DNA from: Sodaliphilus sp.
GTDB lineage: Bacteria; Bacteroidota; Bacteroidia; Bacteroidales; Muribaculaceae
Assembly: GCA_050873765.1 (NCBI GenBank)
Contig: JBNMJK010000004.1
Location: forward strand, 2,844 to 66,843
Direction: 5' to 3'
Length of the DNA stretch: 64,000 nt
The notes under the pieces are model-generated. The model was not told the origin of the DNA, did not search any database, and saw only the letters and a program-made list of their open reading frames with translations. Of this stretch, positions 59,829 to 64,000 are shown in pieces. Position 1 is the stretch's first letter, and the number at the start of each line of letters is the position of its first letter. A program made the translations under genes and the position numbers.

Positions 59829-60515
59829 ATGAAAAAAACTATCCTGTTTGTTATCGCCATTCTCGTCATGGGCTGCCTATTTTTCAAGGTTCAAAAGGCG
59901 GTTGTTGCACAGTTAGCAGTGGCTAAAGAAAGTTTTCTAAAAAGAATACCCAAAAATGCGATATTGGGGGTAGATGTTTCTCATCATAATTACCCGGTTG
60001 ATTGGGCATTACTTCGTGAAAATAAGATGAAGTTTGCTTATGTGAAAGCATCTGAAGGAGTTACGCACGTTGATCCTAATTTTCATGAGTATGTAAAAGC
60101 TGCGCGAGCAGGGGGTATGAAGGTAGAAGCATATCATTACTTTAGAGCTGAAACGCCGGTAAAGGATCAGTTTATGAATTTCTATGCTTATGTGGGCCAA
60201 TGTGATTTGATTCCAATGCTTGACGTAGAGCATCACGCTACTAAAAACCTGACCAAGGTCCAAGTGAGGCAGCGCACTATGGAGTTTGTGAACTTGTGCA
60301 AAAAATACTATGGCATGGCTCCGATACTGTATTGCTCGGAATCAGACTGGAAGCAGTACTTTTCAAAAGGGTTTGAAGACTGCCTGTGGTGGGCAGATTC
60401 AAAGGGAGTGGCGCCTAAAACATCTTGGGATTTGTGGCAATATAATATAGAGAACGGCTACGACCGCAATTGCGTGAAGCCCAACATCTACAAAAAACTA
60501 TTCCTCCCCAACTAA
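59829..60515 (+). CDS. GH25 muramidase (lysozyme)
   Basis: GVDVSHHN, YVKASEG, AYHYFR, PMLDVE; N-terminal hydrophobic anchor. Confidence 0.9.
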   Translation: MKKTILFVIAILVMGCLFFKVQKAVVAQLAVAKESFLKRIPKNAILGVDVSHHNYPVDWALLRENKMKFAYVKASEGVTHVDPNFHEYVKAARAGGMKVEAYHYFRAETPVKDQFMNFYAYVGQCDLIPMLDVEHHATKNLTKVQVRQRTMEFVNLCKKYYGMAPILYCSESDWKQYFSKGFEDCLWWADSKGVAPKTSWDLWQYNIENGYDRNCVKPNIYKKLFLPN

Positions 60516-60547
60516 CCTCCTATTTAGCATTGCATAAGTATGTAATA

Positions 60548-61522
60548 TCATAGCAAAAATGAAAGTAATTGTTCCATGCTCCGCTCAATACTATCGGCAG
60601 TAGGTATCTCTTTATAGGCAAGATCTGGAAGTTAGCTTGCATATACACTGCTCAACGCTGCCCATATCGAATGTAGGTTTGTCATCATTGGCGAGTCTAT
60701 GATAGTTTTGTTCTGCCATCCATCAGGCTTGTTGAATCGCTGTTGGTCCTGTGACAACAAATTTTTTAAGTCGGTCTTAAATGCGTCATTTTTCAGATAG
60801 TCTTGTGTTTCTGCATCATTTAAAAGAAAATGCAAGTCATAGAAATGACGTATTTTAGCTTTGAGTGCTGGAATATAATTGTTTGAAAAAGAACAACGAA
60901 GCAGTGATACTAATTTCTCTGTCAGTGTTCTGCGCTTGTCAAGAACATTCACCTCGAATGGTTGCATATCGTATTCCTCTATCAGCTTTTCATTACCAGT
61001 CTTCCGTAAAAACTCGGTTAGGAAACTTTCCAACTTGCATTTCTGGAATGGGTAAGGATTGGCAAAAGAGTTGATTTCAACAAGCAAAAGGCCTGCCTTA
61101 ATGGCTCCCACCTGTAATGTGTCAATGGCTCGTGGATAAGAGTAGTATGCCTTGTGATAGTGGGAACCTTTGCTTGTAACGCCAGGCATATCCATTTCCT
61201 GCAATCCTTCTGTCATACTTCTTGCGGTCCTCTTGATTAGCTTCTTTAACTGGTTGCCGCTAAGAGTCCATGCCTCAGAAATGGCGATGTCTATGTCTTC
61301 CGAGAATCGGCTTCCAATGCCGTATGCCTTTGTGAGACTTGTGCCACCCTTGAAAATGGAACGACTGTCTGTGTCATTAGCAGCCATCAATGACAGTGAA
61401 CGGCATATCCAATAGTCCTTCTCTATAAATATGCTCTTGATGCCAAGACCTTCATCCTCGATAGGTTGCGATGCTGCTTGTAATGCATCGGAGAACAATG
61501 CCTCGTTTTCATGTAGTCTCAT
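60548..61522 (-). pseudogene. AbiEii-family nucleotidyltransferase toxin with premature in-frame TAA at 60634-60632
   Basis: IEKDYW, FKGGTSL, RFSEDID, RHFYD; frame continues LPDLAYKEIP..LLSFLL to TGA at 60550-60548. Confidence 0.8.
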
Positions 61523-62238
61523 AGGATATTCCAGTTTCTTTTGTTCGACAATACTTTATCGGAGACAGACAACTTATAGCTTGTCAATCCGTTTAAAGAT
61601 CGGCTTATGACGCCAGTGTCATAGCCCATATTTTCATATATGGCACCAAGCAAAGCCCTGACATAGGGCGTGTAGGTTAACGCCAGTTTTGCCAGTTTCT
61701 TTTTTTTGTCATCTGGAAGTGCCTTTATCGTGCTGCAAACTTTCTTTACACTTTCATCTGGTGAGGATGCAGGAATTTTCTTGATAAGACGCATGGCATC
61801 CAATATTCTTAATAGTGGAATATTACTTTGAGTGATTACGTTCTCCTGTAAAAGAAACGATATCTTTAAGCCGCCTCTTGTGATAGGTCTGCGGTACTTG
61901 TTTGTGCCGATAAGGATAGAGGAACTTATTTGTGTTGTCAATCCTATGGAAGCAAATGCGGCAGTTCCTGTTATGTAGCCAACAGTCTTTCCGTCTCGCT
62001 CTAAGAATTCCTTTACAAGTTCAGAGTCTGATGGCTTCAACTTTCCAAAAATGGTATTCTTAGGGATATAGTATCTCCCTTTAGCTACTTTTTGCAGTTC
62101 ACCTTGGAACACAAGACGGCTCAAGGCTTTGGAGAGTGCGGGCTGATATCGCATGCCTACGCCAAAGTCTTTAGTTGTCAATACTACTCCAGCGGGGGTT
62201 GATGACAATTTTTTCTTTATCTGTCTTGTAATAATCAT
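61519..62238 (-). CDS. AbiEi-like antitoxin (DUF6088-type)
   Basis: N-terminal wHTH (LSRLV..KVAKGRYY), GLTTQI; 4-nt overlap with the toxin. Confidence 0.85.
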   Translation of the reverse strand: MIITRQIKKKLSSTPAGVVLTTKDFGVGMRYQPALSKALSRLVFQGELQKVAKGRYYIPKNTIFGKLKPSDSELVKEFLERDGKTVGYITGTAAFASIGLTTQISSSILIGTNKYRRPITRGGLKISFLLQENVITQSNIPLLRILDAMRLIKKIPASSPDESVKKVCSTIKALPDDKKKKLAKLALTYTPYVRALLGAIYENMGYDTGVISRSLNGLTSYKLSVSDKVLSNKRNWNIL

Positions 62239-62621
62239 GTTAATCTCCTTTATTGCTATTGCAAAGTTAATAAAAAATCTTGTTTTTTACGTCATAAACT
62301 CGACATTTTTGTTTTTTAAAAGACATTCTTACCCTGAAAAAAATTGACTCTTTGATGAGACAAACCTTTTCCTGGAACAGACTGATGGCTTTGTCGGTTG
62401 CGGTGTTTTTGTGGCTGTTTTGCTTGTTTTTATTATAGATTTGGTGCAATTCTATATGGATTCTTTGATTGCTGTAAAAGAAAATTAAAAGTAATCATCA
62501 AATTATAAGTCCATGATAAAAGGTGTAATCACAGGAGGTTTAGTAAATTCCACCAAAATTGCAGCAAAATGGCATACGGGAATCGCAATAGCACGTTTAT
62601 TGTGACTATACCAGAATACAA

Positions 62622-63131
62622 TCAAATCCTTCCGTAAGTGATTATTGCGTGTTCTGTGTCAATGATTTCTATATCACAAAACAGGTCTCCGTCATACACG
62701 TAGCCATCGTTAACGTGAAAAGTATAGGGGAATTTAGACTCCCATTCTTTGTCATTTTCACAGATTAAGCCCATTTTCACTAATTGTTTGGCACTTATGG
62801 GTGTCTCAAACTTGATCTTAGCTTCATCGTGGAAATCTCCTGCAAAGTTCATCAAAGTGCCTTTGCACGACAGCACTTCAAACTCTGGAAGCCTTACGCC
62901 ACATTTCTTGCAAATAGTGTCGTAATTCATAAAATAGTCATTAGGCTTACAAGGCGCAGCAATGCCTTTTCCGAGTTTGCCTTCCTTATAGAGCTTCCTA
63001 TAGCCTCCTCCAAATTTATCCAGATAATAAAGGGTTCGTGGAAGCCCAAAGATAAAGTATAATACTATAAATGATATTACTAACCACTTATAGACCATTA
63101 TGATTATTTTCAATTTCATGAACAGACACAA
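62622..63131 (-). CDS. Hypothetical membrane-anchored protein
   Basis: AT-rich ORF with an N-terminal TM segment; start uncertain. Confidence 0.6.
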   Translation of the reverse strand: MCLFMKLKIIIMVYKWLVISFIVLYFIFGLPRTLYYLDKFGGGYRKLYKEGKLGKGIAAPCKPNDYFMNYDTICKKCGVRLPEFEVLSCKGTLMNFAGDFHDEAKIKFETPISAKQLVKMGLICENDKEWESKFPYTFHVNDGYVYDGDLFCDIEIIDTEHAIITYGRI

Positions 63132-63407
63132 CCTAAAGGCAATTGATGAGTTTTACAGTAAAGAACGTAAATTTAGGTTGAAAATTGTAGTTTGTTAGTT
63201 TTTTCTCTTTTGCCGATTCAAAATTTGGCATATACTTAAACATGACTTTTTGCGTCTATTCTTGGGATAAACTTTGTGTGGGGGAATGGGATACTGTGGT
63301 GGGGGTGGTGGTTATTTCGGGGATTATGATTAACTTTGTGGAGCGGAATGGAGGCGCGGGGCTGCCGATGTGGTGGCTCGCCTCGGTTCTGCGCCCCTCT
63401 TTAGCCT

Positions 63408-64000
63408 ATGGAATTTAACTCGTGGTCGTTTGTGGCGTTTTTCCCGGTGGTGTGCCTGCTGTATTGGTGCATCAGGGGGCAGCATGCGCGCAATGTGTTT
63501 TTGCTGGCGGCGAGCTATTATTTCTATATGTGCTGGAATGCGAGCTATGGGCTGCTCTTGGCCACGAGTACGCTGATTTCCTACGGTGCTGGGCTGTGTA
63601 TGGCAAGAATGGGCAAGGGACCGCGCCGGAAATGGCTGATGGGGGTGGCTGTGGTGCTCAACCTTGCGCTGATAGCCTACTTTAAGTATGCCGATTTTGG
63701 CGTGCAGACGGTGAACTGGCTGATGCATGTGCTTGGCATCGGCATGCAGGTGCCGCTGCCCCACATTCTGCTGCCGGTGGGCGTGTCGTTTTTCGTGTTC
63801 CAGTCGGTGGGCTACACGGTGGACGTGTATCGTGGCACCGTGGCGGCTGAACGCAGCCTTGTGCGCTATGCGCTGTTTATCTCGTTTTTTCCGCAGCTGG
63901 TGGCGGGGCCCATTGAGCGGTCGGCCAATATGCTGCCGCAGTTTCGCGAGCGCCGTGTCTTCGACGACGACAAGGCGGTGTCGGGGCTGAAGCTGATGCT
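63408..64000 (+). CDS. MBOAT O-acyltransferase (AlgI/DltB-like), partial; not in the ORF track
   Basis: MEFNSWSF..LLAASYYFY, YFKYADF, LPVGVSFFVFQ, FFPQLVAGPIER; runs off the window. Confidence 0.92.
   Translation, partial: MEFNSWSFVAFFPVVCLLYWCIRGQHARNVFLLAASYYFYMCWNASYGLLLATSTLISYGAGLCMARMGKGPRRKWLMGVAVVLNLALIAYFKYADFGVQTVNWLMHVLGIGMQVPLPHILLPVGVSFFVFQSVGYTVDVYRGTVAAERSLVRYALFISFFPQLVAGPIERSANMLPQFRERRVFDDDKAVSGLKLM

Noticed and set aside
1-64000. rRNA/tRNA genes, IS transposases, integrases
   Set aside because: None recognised in the sequence or ORF track.

Overview
Bacteroidales chromosome segment, probably Muribaculaceae-like (TAnnTTTG promoters, SusC/SusD, T9SS-type C-termini). In order: (1) 1-5790, an AraC-linked redox/flavodoxin accessory cluster; (2) 5951-26312, a polysaccharide utilisation locus with SusC/D, an NAGPA-type phosphodiester glycosidase, an EEP phosphatase, a GH3-DUF4855 fusion, DUF6259, DUF4434, a ROK repressor, a sugar porter and an AGE-family epimerase; (3) 29427-34157, a convergent, host-like pair of phage morphogenesis genes (intact large terminase and a tail nozzle/stabilisation-like protein) with no other phage genes or integrase nearby, a candidate piece of a dispersed, domesticated GTA-like system; (4) housekeeping genes comF, recX, pyrE, cydAB; (5) 41054-46220, a layered toxin-antitoxin/defence hotspot around prmC (MNT/HEPN modules, att-like repeats, an Abi_2/AbiF gene with a leader hairpin); (6) the uppS-bamA-skp-skp-skp-DUF4105-secA envelope cluster, with a RAPS-ending ORF just before secA; (7) an AT-rich islet after secA (GH25, AbiE pair whose toxin has a premature stop) and the start of an MBOAT gene. 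No rRNA, tRNA, CRISPR array or integrase was seen. Family assignments come from motif recognition, not database searches.
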